Assembly (NCBI GenBank): GCA_012026655.1
Contig: JAAILG010001112.1
Coordinates: 1-64,000 of the forward strand
From: Hydrolagus affinis
Taxonomy: Eukaryota
Length of the DNA stretch: 64,000 bases
Direction of reading: 5' to 3'
Position 1 is the stretch's first letter. Each line of letters begins with the position of its first letter. Shown here piece by piece: positions 1 through 13,300 of this stretch. The position numbers and the translations under genes are program-made. Under the pieces are notes generated by a model. That model searched no databases. It was not told where the DNA came from and was given only the letters and a program-made list of their open reading frames with translations.

Positions 1-189
1 GAGTGTTCGGGAAGGGGTGAAACACGTAGGGGAGGTCGAAAAGTTCGGGGGGGAACAAAAGGCACGGTCGAAGAGGAAAGTCTTCAAACCGGCCTTGAAA
101 GAGGAAAGGGAAGAGACAAGGCGGAGGGATTGGGGGATGGAATTCCACAGGGTGGGAGCGGAGAAACTGAAATATCTCTGGATCCATCC

Positions 190-490
190 CTATTCTCAAG
201 TTACCTCCCCATCTTCAACCTTCCATTCCTCTCCAAGGCTCTGGAACGAGTCTTCGCCTCCCAGCTTTGCTCTTTTTTTCCTGCCATTCCCTCTTTGAAC
301 CCCTACAATCCGGCTTCCATGCTGCCCATAGCACAGAAACAGCCCTGGTCAAAGTCTCTAATGACATTCTAAACACCTATGATCAGGGCTCTCTCTGCCT
401 CCTTGTCCTCCTCAGCATCTCTGCTGCCTTCAACACTGTCGACCACTCCATCCTCCTACACTATCTCTCCTCCCAGCTCAATCTTCGTGG
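190..490 (+). mobile_element. L2 LINE reverse-transcriptase fragment (an opposite-strand L2 3' fragment precedes it at about 1-190)
   Basis: Translates to QSGF..HSTETALVKVSNDIL..LVLL.ISAAFNTVDHSILL, characteristic of L2 RT. Confidence 0.85.
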
Positions 491-900
491 ACCATGCCCT
501 CCTCCTCCTCCTCCTCCACTCTGCTGCTGCGCTGCTGACCTAACCCTTACCACAAAATGTCCACTCACTCTCCAACAAATCGCTAACCATCCACGACCTC
601 ACCATTGAGGAAAACATTGACATCCTCACCGAAATCCTTGTCACCGCTAGTGACACCTTGCCACTGTGATACCAACTGAGCCAACCTGTTACAGCGGATT
701 ATAGACTGAAAATCTATCAAAGGTACAGTACCTCTAAGATGGGTAGTTCGACTGTGTTTATTTGCCCCAAAAGTGGGCCCCTCAACCTCTCATACATCTG
801 CTATCAATATGAGAAATGTTAATGGAGACTGAAACCCGACAGAAACATCTGCTTTTGATCAGTACATCTCTCAAGAATGTCAAATCCTGTTGATGTGATT

Positions 901-1216
901 GTGGAGTCCTGTAGCTCATTGGTTAGAGCACTCACCCTCCAAGCGAGAGACCTGGGTTCAATTCCAGGCAGGATGAAATCTTGGGCAACTTTCCTTATAC
1001 CACGTGCCTAATAAGAATCCCTCAAATAAACAATAATAAATTGTTCATTTCAATTCACAACTGTTGGTGGGACACTGCTGTGCACAATTGGCTGCTGTGT
1101 TTCGCCCACAAAATATACAGTCAATTTAGTTTATGGTATACAGTATTCTGTGAAGCGCTTTAAAACGTTTAGGAGACATGAAAAGCGCTATATCAAATTC
1201 AAGGATTTTCATTATT
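901..1216 (+). mobile_element. tRNA-derived SINE with Deu-like body and L2-type tail
   Basis: A box TAGCTCATTGG, B box GGTTCAATTCC, TGTTGGTGGGACACTGCTGTGCACAATTGGCTGC body, AAAGCGCTATATCAAAT tail. More than 15 copies or fragments occur in the window. Confidence 0.85.
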
Positions 1217-1453
1217 GTGGCAACTTGCTTGGATACCACAGGGACAGGAGGGTGAGTGAAAGATAACCCATCAAAAACCTTGAATACAAAACTACAAAAA
1301 TGGCTGACACTTCCAGGGGAGGAAAGCAGAGTTAATGTCTGTCTAAAAGCTTAGATCCCTCCCTTTGGGAAGGAAATCTGAATATAATCAAACAATTCCC
1401 AGAGATTTCTTCTGAAGCTAGTCATCTAGGAGTTCAGATGTTTAAGGTTTTCT

Positions 1454-1757
1454 AATAATAATAGTAATAATAATCCTTGCATTATGATACAGCGCTTTTC
1501 ACATCTTCTGGAGGTCTCAAGGCACTTCACAGAATATATTGTAAAGTGAATTTTTTGTTGGTGAAACGCGGCAGCCAAATATGCACAGCAGTGTCCCACA
1601 AACAATTGTGGATTGAGTGACCAAATTATTATTTTTGTTAGGGATTATTATCAGGTGTAAGGAAACTTGCCAAAGGATTCACCCCCTGCCAGGAATCCAA
1701 CTCAGGTCTCTCACTTATAAAGCGGGTGCTCTAACCACCGATCTGCAGGACCGCACA
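1454..1757 (-). mobile_element. Same SINE family, reverse copy
   Basis: Reverse complement of the 901-1216 element with a (TAA)n tail. Confidence 0.85.
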
Positions 1758-3615
1758 ACGTTACAAATAAACTTATCAAACAAATTGGAGAAAATTCATT
1801 GGATGCCAATCTTTGCTGCCTTGGGATATACACTTGTAACTTTGATTTTTTACTTACTTTGGAGGATTCAAAATTACATTCCAAAGAAATGAACAACAAT
1901 ATTTGAAACACAAACTGGAAATAGCAATTATCCCTGTTAACCTGCATTGGGATATACCAATCCCGAGAGTTACAAATAATGACCCAACAATCCTTAATAA
2001 AAGTATAGTGATTTATTGATTGCAAGCAATTTTAGAATGATAGAATATAAGAGTAAATAATCATACTACCAGTTCTATGTAGAATACAATGCTGGATTCA
2101 GGCTGATACACCGTCTCGTCAGATTCAGGCTCCTCACAATACTCACCCTCTTTCTTTGTTTGTATCTCTGCTCTACCCTTTCTCCGGTGATACCCCAATT
2201 ATACTGTATTCCTTCCCTGTCTGTAAAACAGAACATGACCCGTTCCAGTAGTTCTGGACAACAGTGGCAGGCTGGAGATCTCGGTTTATCCTGAGACACT
2301 CCCCAACTGTTGTAATGAGCCACTCTTTCTCTATCTTTATACTTCTCCACCAGCCTCATCATAACTAACTCAGCCAGTTAATCCCTTGGACATTGTCCAG
2401 AAGCGATGTCAAAACCAGACCATCTAAAGGCTAGGGTTGAAGGGAGTTGTTTGCCTACTTCTTTTCCCAAACCTTGAGATGGCTCTCCTGCTACTCACTT
2501 GGCAATTTCCCAATAATTGTATCTAGTTATACCTTCTTTCTAGCCTAATGCCCCTCTACAAAACTTGTTCTGCATGTATTAGTTCTGATTAATCATTGGC
2601 CTGGAGCCAGGCTGGCTAGTTTTGATAAGGTCTTCTTCTTTATCCTGCCTCATGTATTAATTGAACCTTTACTACCTACCCAATATCCTCCCGAGTGAAC
2701 CAGATCATCAGTTCCTTTGTGCCTTTGTTAATTGAGTCCTCTGGCCCTATCTATATCTCGAGCCTACTATTCTTCAATTATTTATTCGTCCTAGAAGCTA
2801 CTGATGTTATTGCGCCCCTTGGATGATTGGCACGGACCAGTATCCAAGGTTGACTTAGCGCAGAGGAATGTGTACCTGGTGTTCTGTGCAGACAAGTTTT
2901 TTTCTCCCTTTTGCTCAAGGTTGCTGACTATGCCTGTGTTATGGATAGATTGTTTTAATTTGTGCCTAATTGGAACTAACTACAGTATAATTATTTTTTA
3001 ATACCTCCATATCCCAACACCTGGTTTCTAAATATTCAAAATTCATTTTAACATCACTGTATAGTATCTCATTCTTAATTCTCGGTGTTTTTCTGTCTTT
3101 TTTTAATTTTAAAAGCACTCTAAACCCAAAGAAATTGCTCAGCAAAGGTGTGACTTATCTCTTAGTGCATTCGATATACATTCAGTCACTGCAATTCACA
3201 GTAAGAAAAAAATCTGTGAAATAGTTTGAGACGACCTGATGAGGTGTAATATAACTATTTAATTCTTATTATTTGGTACAAAGAATGAAATGTTACATTT
3301 ACAGTACTGTATTGTTTAGGATCAATTTCAAATTGATACTCTGCATATATACTGTACATACAGTATATCTCATGATATGAAACATCAGTTGAACAGAGTT
3401 TAGATTGAACTACTTTACATTGGAAAGTGGCAATTAGAATAGGCAGATTGTGTCTGCAAATTCAATTATCTGAACAGTTTGAGAGATTGAGTAACTTTTA
3501 AAAAGAATGTCTGAACTGCACTAGTCTTTCTGGGACCTACACATTCCTATGCCAGGAAATGAGTTTACATTGTAACAGAAAAGTGAACCCATCCCTCGTA
3601 CATATCACATACACA

Positions 3616-3791
3616 TCTCTCTCCCTCTCTCTCTCTATATATATATATAAAGTTTGCCTGGGTGATACATGATACAGTAAGTGCCAGTCAAACGTTTGAC
3701 AGCACTGGCATATTCCTGTTTCCAGTTTACCATGTTTTGCAAAGCCATAGTTCTCCAACTGGGTGAGAGAGAGAGAGAGGGAGAGAGAGAG
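3616..3791. repeat. (CT)n(AT)n and (GA)n microsatellites upstream of tpcn3
   Basis: Visible dinucleotide runs. Confidence 0.8.
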
Positions 3792-4189
3792 CTTGCCTTC
3801 AAATTCAACCTCACATCCTATGGAAACTCGCTTAAGTGTTTCCTGCTGACTTTTCTTTTTCACCCCCTCCCCCCTTTTTCTTCGTCTTCTTTTGTCACAT
3901 GATTGAGGGGTGGGGGGGTAGAGGGTAAAAAAAAAATCATGACTTTAAATTAGAAACAGAGGCTGAGAGAGAAAGAGAGCTCAGGTGGTGTGTTGCTGAA
4001 CTCAGGAGTAAAGAGCCAGCTACAGAAACACAAGCAAATCTGTCTGTTCTCTCCTGTCTGCAGCAGCTCAGAGACTTCTCCCGGCCCTGACTGTGTGTGT
4101 GTTGTGTGTATGAAGTCTCCACAGGTAGCGGCTTGCACTTTGCTCTGTGGTTTGCTCTGTGGAGGAGGCAAACACTAACAGCGGATACC

Positions 4190-4309
4190 ATGGGGACTGG
4201 GCTGGGGGTCCGGGAGGGCAGGGGAGAGGTGGCAGCGGCTGTGGCCAAGGAGGGAGACAAGTGCCCAGCATTGAAGGCAGCTTTCCACTGTGCTCACATA
4301 GACACCGAG
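4190..4309 (+). CDS. tpcn3: TPC3 exon 1 (MGTGLG...HIDTE)
   Basis: Strong Kozak ATACCATGG, donor GAG|GTGAGT, 120 nt, phase 0 joins exon 2. The N-terminus is poorly conserved, so support is from splice signals and length. Confidence 0.75.
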
Positions 4310-7300
4310 GTGAGTACAGCCCACACACCAACACACTCACTCACTGACTCGCTCACTCATTCATTCACTAACAAACTCACTCACTAACACACACATTCAC
4401 TCGTTCACTAACTCGCTCACTCACCCACTCACTCATACATTAACAAGCTCATTCATTCACTAACAAACTCACTCAATAACACACACATTCACTCGTTCAC
4501 TAACCCACTCACTCACTCATTCATTAACAAACTCACTCATTCATTAACAAACTCACTCATTCACTAACAAACTCACTCATTCACTAACAAACTCACTCAC
4601 ACACATATTCACTTGTTCACTAACACACTCACATGCTCGCTAACTCACTAACACACTCACTAACACTCTCACTCACTAATTCACTCACCAACTAACACAC
4701 TCACTCACTAATACACTCACTCATTAACTTACACACTCACGAACACACTCACTCACTAACACACCTACTCACTCACACACTCAACAACAACAAAATTGCA
4801 CTTATAGCGCCTTTCACGACGGGAGGACATCCCAAAGTGCCCTCACTCACTAACACACTTACTCACTAACATGCTCACTTGATTGCTCACTCACTAACAC
4901 ACTCACTCACTGACACACTCATTTACTAACGCAATCACTCACACACTCATTCCCATTGTGCCTTTACCTGTGCCGCCCACTCATGGCAATATTAGTATTG
5001 AAACCCATCCACACTTGCAACTTGCTGGAATGGACGAAACATTTTCATTTGAGGTAAAGAATCATTTTTGTTTGAGTATCATTTTGATTTCCATTGTCTG
5101 GATTTCTGTGAATTCACTGGTTAAGTAGAGTGGATTTGATACAAGTTAACCCACCAAAATTCAAACACCACCCGTTGACTTTTTTTTAGAAAAATTATTG
5201 CAACTGAGGGTAATACTGAACTGCATTCCAATGGGGGCAATACTGCATTTCCTGCGGTTTATTTAAAAGTGCTAGAGTAGATTCTATGCAGGTTCCTGAG
5301 TGTGCAAATAACGTTGAAAGCATCTAAGCTGCCACATTACTTCTAGTGTTTAAGCAAAATAAAAATCAGCAAAATATCAGGAAGGAAGCATTTTAGTTGA
5401 TTCCAAAGGGTTTACTAGCCTGGTTCAACTCTACCATCAGTCAACAGTAAGTGTGTGCGTCAGCCTGGCACAGTTGGGAACAGAAGTTTGTGGGTTCAAG
5501 CCTCACATTAGGAATTGGAATTTACATAATCCCTCACACCCCAACACAGTACTGGGGTCCTGCATTGTCAGAGATGCCTGTCTTTGGTTGAATTATTAAA
5601 TCAAGTTTCAGTCTGCTCATTCAGATGGATCTTAAATATCCTATTGCACTATTTAAAAGGGAATTTATTCTGTGTCCTAGCCAACAATGCCCTAAATAAA
5701 ATTGGGCATTTGTTTGACGGCTGTTTGTGAGATGCTGTGATATAAATTGCCTGTCATGTTTTCCCATAAAATACACAGTCATATCACTCTACAGTATATT
5801 CTGTGAAGTGCTTTGAGGTATCTCAATAACATGAGTCCTGCAGCTCAGTGGTTAGAGCACTCACCTCATAAGCGAGAGACCTGGGTTTGGTTTCCGGGAG
5901 GTCTTATTCCACAAGTCTAATAATAATCCGTAAAAAAAATAATAATAATAATTTGTTCACACAATCCACTGTTTGTGGGACACTGTTGTGTACAATTGGC
6001 TGCTGCATTTCACCCACAAATATACATTCGATTCACTTTACAGTACATTCTGTGAAGTGCTTGACGGGTCTAGAAGATGTGAAAAGTTGTGGTTTATTAG
6101 ATGCTGTGGTGTTTGTTGGCTTTAGTTATGTGACTGCCTAGCGAGTGGATCAGAGCTCTGAATGGTCCATCACCATGATAGGACATGTTTTCGCTTTGAA
6201 TTAAGTTGCTTCTACATAGGGAACTATCATATGTATTGCCTGTGTAACTTTTCTAGACCATACTACCTGGAATGACTTGAAATAACAATAATATGCATTT
6301 TTATAGCATCCGCACTTGGGGCAGCTTCTTGGAGTGCTTGAAGAATAGATATCTCTTCAGGCTCTACCAATGCAGCTTGCCCACCAATCAAAAAGTGAAG
6401 TATATGGTACTATGTATATCCGTACTCTCCTGTCGAATTTTGTTGTTTGCCTTCATCCCTCAATCCCTCTGCTGCTGAAATCCTCAAGGATACACTTTTC
6501 TAGGGCTCTCCTTATCACACTTCCTACATTGTTCCACCCTTGATGACCTTGAAATCATCAAATTCTGTATCCCCTATTCCATCCCGCAACAGAAACTACA
6601 CATCTATTCTCATCAGGCTCTGATGGCTGCATTTAACATAGGTTTTCTAAGTGTTTCAGATAGGGTAGCATTCTGGATGGCGTCACAGAATGTTCAGGAA
6701 TTTAAGATCAAACCAGTTTTCAACAAAAGGTTCTCTGCTTGGGTTGCATTTCTTTCAGTTTAGATACTGAACTAGGATGTTTTTACTTGATTCTGCCCCC
6801 TCCTTGCCCCCGTTCTTTGTCAGAGACTGAACTGCAGAGAGTTGAGACTAAGCTGAAGAATAAGCTTTCATATGGTGAATTATTTTCTATTAGTACAATA
6901 TTTCAGGAAGATTAAATTTTGGGGAATAAATTAATGTTTCTCCAGCATGCACGTCATTTGCATTGGTACATGTCAAGTTACAATTCAGGAAATTGCTTCA
7001 GCAGAGTACTGTAAAAGTGCAATGGATTTTTTTGTCTCCTTTTTACAGTGATGTGAAAGAGGAAAAACAATTTTGCAATTATGAAGAACCTCATCCGCTT
7101 CCTTCTATGCTTGTGTTGCTTATAGCTTTGAAGATTGTGGTCCAAAAGATCAATATTTGGGGCATTTATAATTCTCAATACCAAAGAGTAGTAACCAAAG
7201 GTTACTAATATATATACATCATGGAAAGTAACTGCTCCAAGCCAGAAATAAATTACTAACAACAACAACTTCGATTTATGTGTAATACTAATAATTACAT

Positions 7301-10300
7301 TTGGTATAGCACCTTTCACGTCAGGAGGACACCTCAAAGTATTTCCACAGGATTTACTATAAATTGAAGTGACTGTTTTGTGGGCAAACATGAAAGGACC
7401 AAATAAGGTTATATTGCCATGTATTTCAATATTTCTACTCCAAGGATGGAGATGAATAGTGATTTTTCAGCTTGCTGAGCCAGTAAGTGTTTGATCCGGC
7501 ATGGTATTGAGTTGTACAAAGTTGCCAGGTTCAGTTCCTGGATTGTGTTGAGTTAGTTGAGGTCAGCAGTGGAATAGCATTGTGACAGCTTCACTGTCAT
7601 TGGGAAAAGGAAAAATTCATCCAGGATTCCTAATCCAGATAGCTATTCCATTGGTGTATAGCTGGTGGGGGAGAATGGATTGAGATATGTTCCATCTTCA
7701 CACTCCCCATGATGTTATTGTCTGCTGACACTGATAATAATAGTAACAAACCAATTTCTAATTAATTAACTGCCAATTTGTTTTGATTATCTATGTGTCT
7801 GAAACATGCACAAACTCATCATATCTCAACAACAACAAAATTACACTTGTATAGCGTCTTTCATGTCATATCTCAAGGATAGCTACTTGGGCAAGGTACA
7901 GAAGTGGGGTGAAAGGGTGGAAGGGTGAAAGTACCTTTGAAGAGAAGCTACTTCTCTCCCTTAGGAAAGTAGGGGACACAAGACTTGCCCATCTCAGCTG
8001 CCAGACTTTCCCTACTAATCCCTGTTTTTTCTAGGTTAATCAGAACCTTGACAACCTGAACTCAGAGCTGTAATCCTTTTTTGTTCTATGACGGATAAAA
8101 GGGAACAACAAAAATAGATATTGTGCTGTGAGATCCACAGAATCAGTAAACCCTAAGTGACTGGATTCTTCTGAGGTAACATTACTTTTGGTTAATATTA
8201 TACTTGTTTTTTTTCTCCCTTGGTTACAATTTAACAGCAACTTCAACTGGCTGCATCTTATGTTTCTGATGCTCAGTATAACCGAAACATTCACTTTGAA
8301 ACCTCATCACAATCAATTAGGTAAGTTCTATTGGCATGTGAAACCGACCAGAACACAATTAGTTTTTTTTTCCCTCTGCTTTTGTTGAACTTTGCACACT
8401 GCATGTTGGGAGATGTATATGGTGTATAATAATTCTGCTCATTTATCCTTTCGGCCTATTTGCAGTGCAACAACAGCAATTGCATTTAAACAGCGCTCTT
8501 CACACGGGCTAGTGTACTGAAGCGCTTGAAGTAGAAGTTAAATGTAATTTTTTTTTAATTCACAATGATGGCAACATTTATTCAAAAACACCCAATTCAG
8601 TAACTCAAAACAAATGTGACCAAAGTCAAATCACAACCAAATGATCTTGTTAATTCTACACTAATTCTAGTGTACTGGAGTGCACTGGCAATTTGGTGTG
8701 GGATTGTGGATTCACCTGCAATGATCCCACAATCCCACATTGAGACTGACCCAAATTCGCTGTCATGTTTTAGTCATGTATTTTAATACTGAAAGTTAAC
8801 ATATCAGCAGAGGGTCACAAAAAATTACAAATGATGTATTTTGTGAAGTATACATGATATTCACTCGTATCACCTTCTGAAATACAGCACAAAGAGCTGA
8901 ACACTGGTAAATATAAACACTTGTGTGAGATTTAAAAAAAAATTTAAATGTGTACATTTAACAAGATAATTTGTTGTTCTTTGACTGATCGATTAGTTTG
9001 GGGTTATTGAATTGGCTGTTCTTGGAATAAATGTTGCATCACTCAAGTGTTTTTATTTTTTTATATATATAACACTTAATTTCTAGTTTAAGTGAGGATT
9101 GTTTTCCCTCATGGGGTGAGGGAAAGTCATCACCTAATGAAGGATGGCATATTAGACCTATTATTTTGCAATAAACTCTCTAGGCTGGCTAAATTAGTTT
9201 AATGATACGTCTTTTTAATAGTCCAAATTCAGTTTGATGAATAGTACTGAATAAAATCTGCACTTTATCGTCTTTGTTGCAAGACATGGCGGTGGAGTAA
9301 ATTTGACTTAAGGCATTGTTCAGACTTTTGTTTTGGGAAAAGCTAAATAAGGCACGATTGTGCTGACTGCAACTATGGATTTCCTAAATAAGACCATTTA
9401 AATTCTCATTCTCATGTCTTCTTTTAAATGAGAAATTGTCAGCTATTGTTAATTCATTGGTTTAGAAGACTTTCTTTTCTGGAATGAAGGTGCTTTTCCG
9501 AGTGCAAGTAATTGAACTGAGTTTGTTAAGTCTTAGAATGGCTGCAGCAGAACACCAGAACAGGCTTTTGGTGTCTGACCCGTGTTTGAGAACTTGACCC
9601 ATCAGATTGGCTTAAATATTTGATGCAATAAGTTGTCCTGATATGAGAAGTTTACTTATTATGGTAATAATGTTTCAGTGTTGAAATATGAAAAGCCTGG
9701 AGTGGAAAGGTGTTAGAGAGCATGGGGAAAGAGAAGGAAATTGGATGGATGGTTAAAGGAATGGTTTCCTAAATGAGCAACACCAAACTGAGAATAATGG
9801 GCCAAATGGCCAATTCTGACTATGGTACATTTCTAACATCTAATATGTAGCAGTTTTGAATCTTCACACCATTTTGTTGCAATAACATGACTGCTAGAGG
9901 AACTTATTTTCTAAGAGGTCTTTCCTTGTATTGCTGAACATGAAACTAGTGCAGTATTGATGGACATTATGAAGGAGTCATTTAGGACTGTCAGACTTTC
10001 AACAGACTGAAAGCAAGCAGATGTTCCCAATTCAGAAAATGTGACAGGAAACTATGATAGTTTTTATGTACATATTACAAGTAAAAGTATAGCTCAGGAG
10101 GGGGTTGGGCCACCTGTGGACACAAACAGAACATTTATGGTAGATAAGGAGCGGGTGGCAAAGATATTTCACGAGTATTTTGCTTTTTTTAAATTGTGGA
10201 TTTGGATATTACCACCATAGATCTTATAGGGGGAATGCAGAACAGCTACTTTGGGAAAAGGACCAAAAAGTAAACTACCCTAATGGGATGCATCCCAGAT

Positions 10301-13300
10301 TATTGGAACCCAGAGAGGAGATAGTTGAGGTTCTGTCGGTAATTTTCCAAATGTCTTTAGAGTCTGGTAGGCCGCTAGGGGATTGATTGAAGGGTGTAGA
10401 GATGGTGCCTAGGTTCAAGACTGACTCCCAAGGATAGGCCAGGACCTATAGACCAGTTAGCCTTGTGTCACTTGCAGATAAACTTTTGGAGGCAATAATG
10501 GAGCAGGTTAGCAATCGTTTAGATAGGCATGAGTTAATCAGTGATAGTCAGCATGGATTTGTGACACTTTTGACCAGTTTTGCAGGGAAGTAACTCAAAA
10601 TGTAGGTCAATGCAATGCTATTGGGATGTTGTGTCTTTGGATTTCTAAAAAGGCAACAGAGAAGATTGGTGGAGAAGGGGGGTGAACGTACAGAGAGATC
10701 TGGGTGTTCAAGTAAGCGAACATTAAAGGTAGCAGGGCAGGTAGATAAGGCAGTAAAAAAGGCAATTGGTGTACTGAGCTTTATTAGTAGGGGCATAGAG
10801 TATAAAAGTAGGGAGGTTATGGTTAATTTATACAAAACACTGGTTAGGCCTCAACTGGAGTACTGCGTCCAGTTCTGGGCACCTTATTTCAGAAAGGACA
10901 TTAAGGCACTGGAGAGGGTGCAGAGGAGATTCACGAGAATTATACCAGGAATGGGGAACCTTAGCTATGAGGACAGACTGGAGAAGTTAGAACTTTTCCC
11001 ATTAGAGCAGAGAAGGTTACTCGGGGACCTGATAGAGGTCTTCAAGATCATGAAAGATTTCGACAGGCTAGATAGGGAAAAGCTGTTTCCGTTGGTAGGT
11101 GTGTCTGTGACCCGTGGTCACAGTCTTAAGATATCTACCAAAAGAAGCAGAGAGGAGGTTAGAAGAAATTTTTTTACTCAGCGAGTTGTTCAAATTTGGA
11201 ATGATCTGCCTGAAAGGGTAGTGAGGTCCGATTCGATAGCTGCTTTTAAGAGAGAACTAGATAGGTATCTGGGGAAGATGGGTTTGCAGGGTTATGGGGA
11301 GAAAGCTGGTGATTGGGGTTAACAAAAGTGACTCGCTTGGTCAAAGAGCCGGCACAGACTCGATGGGCCGAATGGCCTCCTTCTGTGCCGTAACATTCTA
11401 GGATTCTATAAGAAACTCAGAGCACATGGATTAGAAGCAAACGTGATGGATTGGATAGAAAAGTGGTTGAACGATAGAAGACAGAGAATATCAAATGATT
11501 CAGATGATACCAAGCTAGAATGTATACTGATGAAAATAGTAAGAGACTGCAAGATGATTTAAACAGATTAGCACGATGAATTGATCAGGATCTAATGAAG
11601 TGAAAGGTGAAGTGATTTATTGTATATTGAATGGTATTGTCTTGCAAGAAGCTGAGGAACAAAGGGATTTGGGAGTTCAGCTCTAGAAGTCATTGGAAGT
11701 CATTGCAAGTGACAAAGGTCTGTAAAGGAAACTAATAGCATGCTGGATTTTGTACACACTGCAGTTTGGTTTTCTATACTAAGTGTGTACAAATCATTGG
11801 TTAGATTGAAGCTGGAGTGTTGCCCCCACTTCTGGGCATCTCACTTCAGGAAAGATATTGAGGCCTTGGAGGGATGCAGAGGAGGTGCATGAAAATATTT
11901 CCAGGGTTGAATGGTTACCATTATGAGGTGAGATTGGAGAATCTGGGTGTGTAGAAATTTTGAATACGATCCAAAGTGTTAGAGGAATGAGCTCTGAGCA
12001 AAGATTCAACAAGTTCGTTATCGGTATTGGGATCACTGCTCTTTATATTAATGATCTGGACTTGGGTATAGGGAGTACCATTTCAAAGTTTGCAGATGAC
12101 ACAAAGTTAGGAAAAATAGTAAATAGTGAGGAGGATAGTAGTCATCTGCAAGAAGATATAGACTGAATGGTAAAATAGACAGATGAAGTTTAATGTAGAG
12201 AAATGTGAGGTGAGGCATTTTGGGAGGAGAAATGAGGGGAGGCAATATAGGCTAAGTAGTACAATTTTAACAGGTGTGAAGGAACGATATACCGATATTT
12301 ACAATATATTGATTTTTTTGAATATAGAATTTTTTGATATATCGATATATTTGAATTTCCAATATCGGCATATTGATATGAAAAATTATACCGATATAAC
12401 CGATATATCGATATATCGCCGGACACTAGCCGGCACAGACTTGATGGGCCGAATGGCCTCCTTTTGTACCATACGATTCTATGATAAGTTAGGGCTCTGT
12501 AGTCTTGCGAAGAGGACTCAGAGGGGACCTCATAGAGGTTCGTAAAAAGTCAGAATAAAAAGTAAACCCAACTCAATATTTTTAGGACACACCAATGGAA
12601 GGACATTCCAAGGCACTGGTCAGTTAAGAGTCCCGAGCTGAGGTTGGAATGAATAAGAGAGGAGAATAAGTGGCAGGCGGGTGGCCAAAGGCACAAAGAG
12701 TTGCAGAACTGTGAATTCAGGACTGTTACCATCATAGCATCATGCTTCAAATGAGTTCAGGGTCCTGCCATCAATTAAAGCTTGGAGGATGGCCTTGAAA
12801 CAACTGGAACAGGTTGCCAGAAAAGGAAGTTGACACCAAGAGACTGGTCACAATTAAAGCTTGATGTTGTTTGTAACTGTCCTGAAGTTGAGGTTTGGAT
12901 TCTCTAAACCTATGCCCTCACATTCTACTGACCTAGTGCATTGTTCATTAAAGTATTGTTCACGTCCTCCTGACGTGAAAAGCACTCTATAAATGTAATG
13001 TTGTTGTCCTTGTTTAATTTTTTCAATCCCATTTAATCATCATGACACTTCCTTGTACATGACTACTGTGAATTTAAATGCTGGGATCTCATTTGGCTTA
13101 ACATTTGCTCGTGAGTGAATTATAATTTTGCCTTGGAAACAGATTAACACTTTTTGGAATTTTCTTTCTTAGATTCTACAAAGTCTACAATCATTGGGCT
13201 TCTCAGGGAGTCATCTATTTGTTTGTACTGGTGGACCTTTTGCTCGCCTTGTTTGAGGAGCCTGCGCTTTACTTGTTGCCCATTTGGGTGAGTACAGTTT

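Larger units (their letters stand above)
10060..12780 (+). mobile_element. Nested CR1 LINE cluster (old degenerate CR1 hosting two younger CR1 3' ends)
   Basis: Old copy: YRPVSL, SQHGF, KLRAHG motifs. Young insertions at about 10668-11408 and 12016-12485, each ending GGCCGAATGGCCTCC..ATTCTAT. Confidence 0.88.

Noticed and set aside
901-972. tRNA-like sequences with A and B boxes (also near 5835, 20200, 43060, 52180, 56310)
   Set aside because: They are SINE heads: each continues into the same SINE body and tail and lacks a clean cloverleaf
4320-4950. Regular repeats as a CRISPR-like array
   Set aside because: Low-complexity eukaryotic minisatellite without unique spacers; no cas genes
10615-11322. 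235-aa ORF, the longest in the window, as a host gene
   Set aside because: CR1 ORF2 C-terminus followed by the CR1 3' UTR; 5'-truncated with no genuine start
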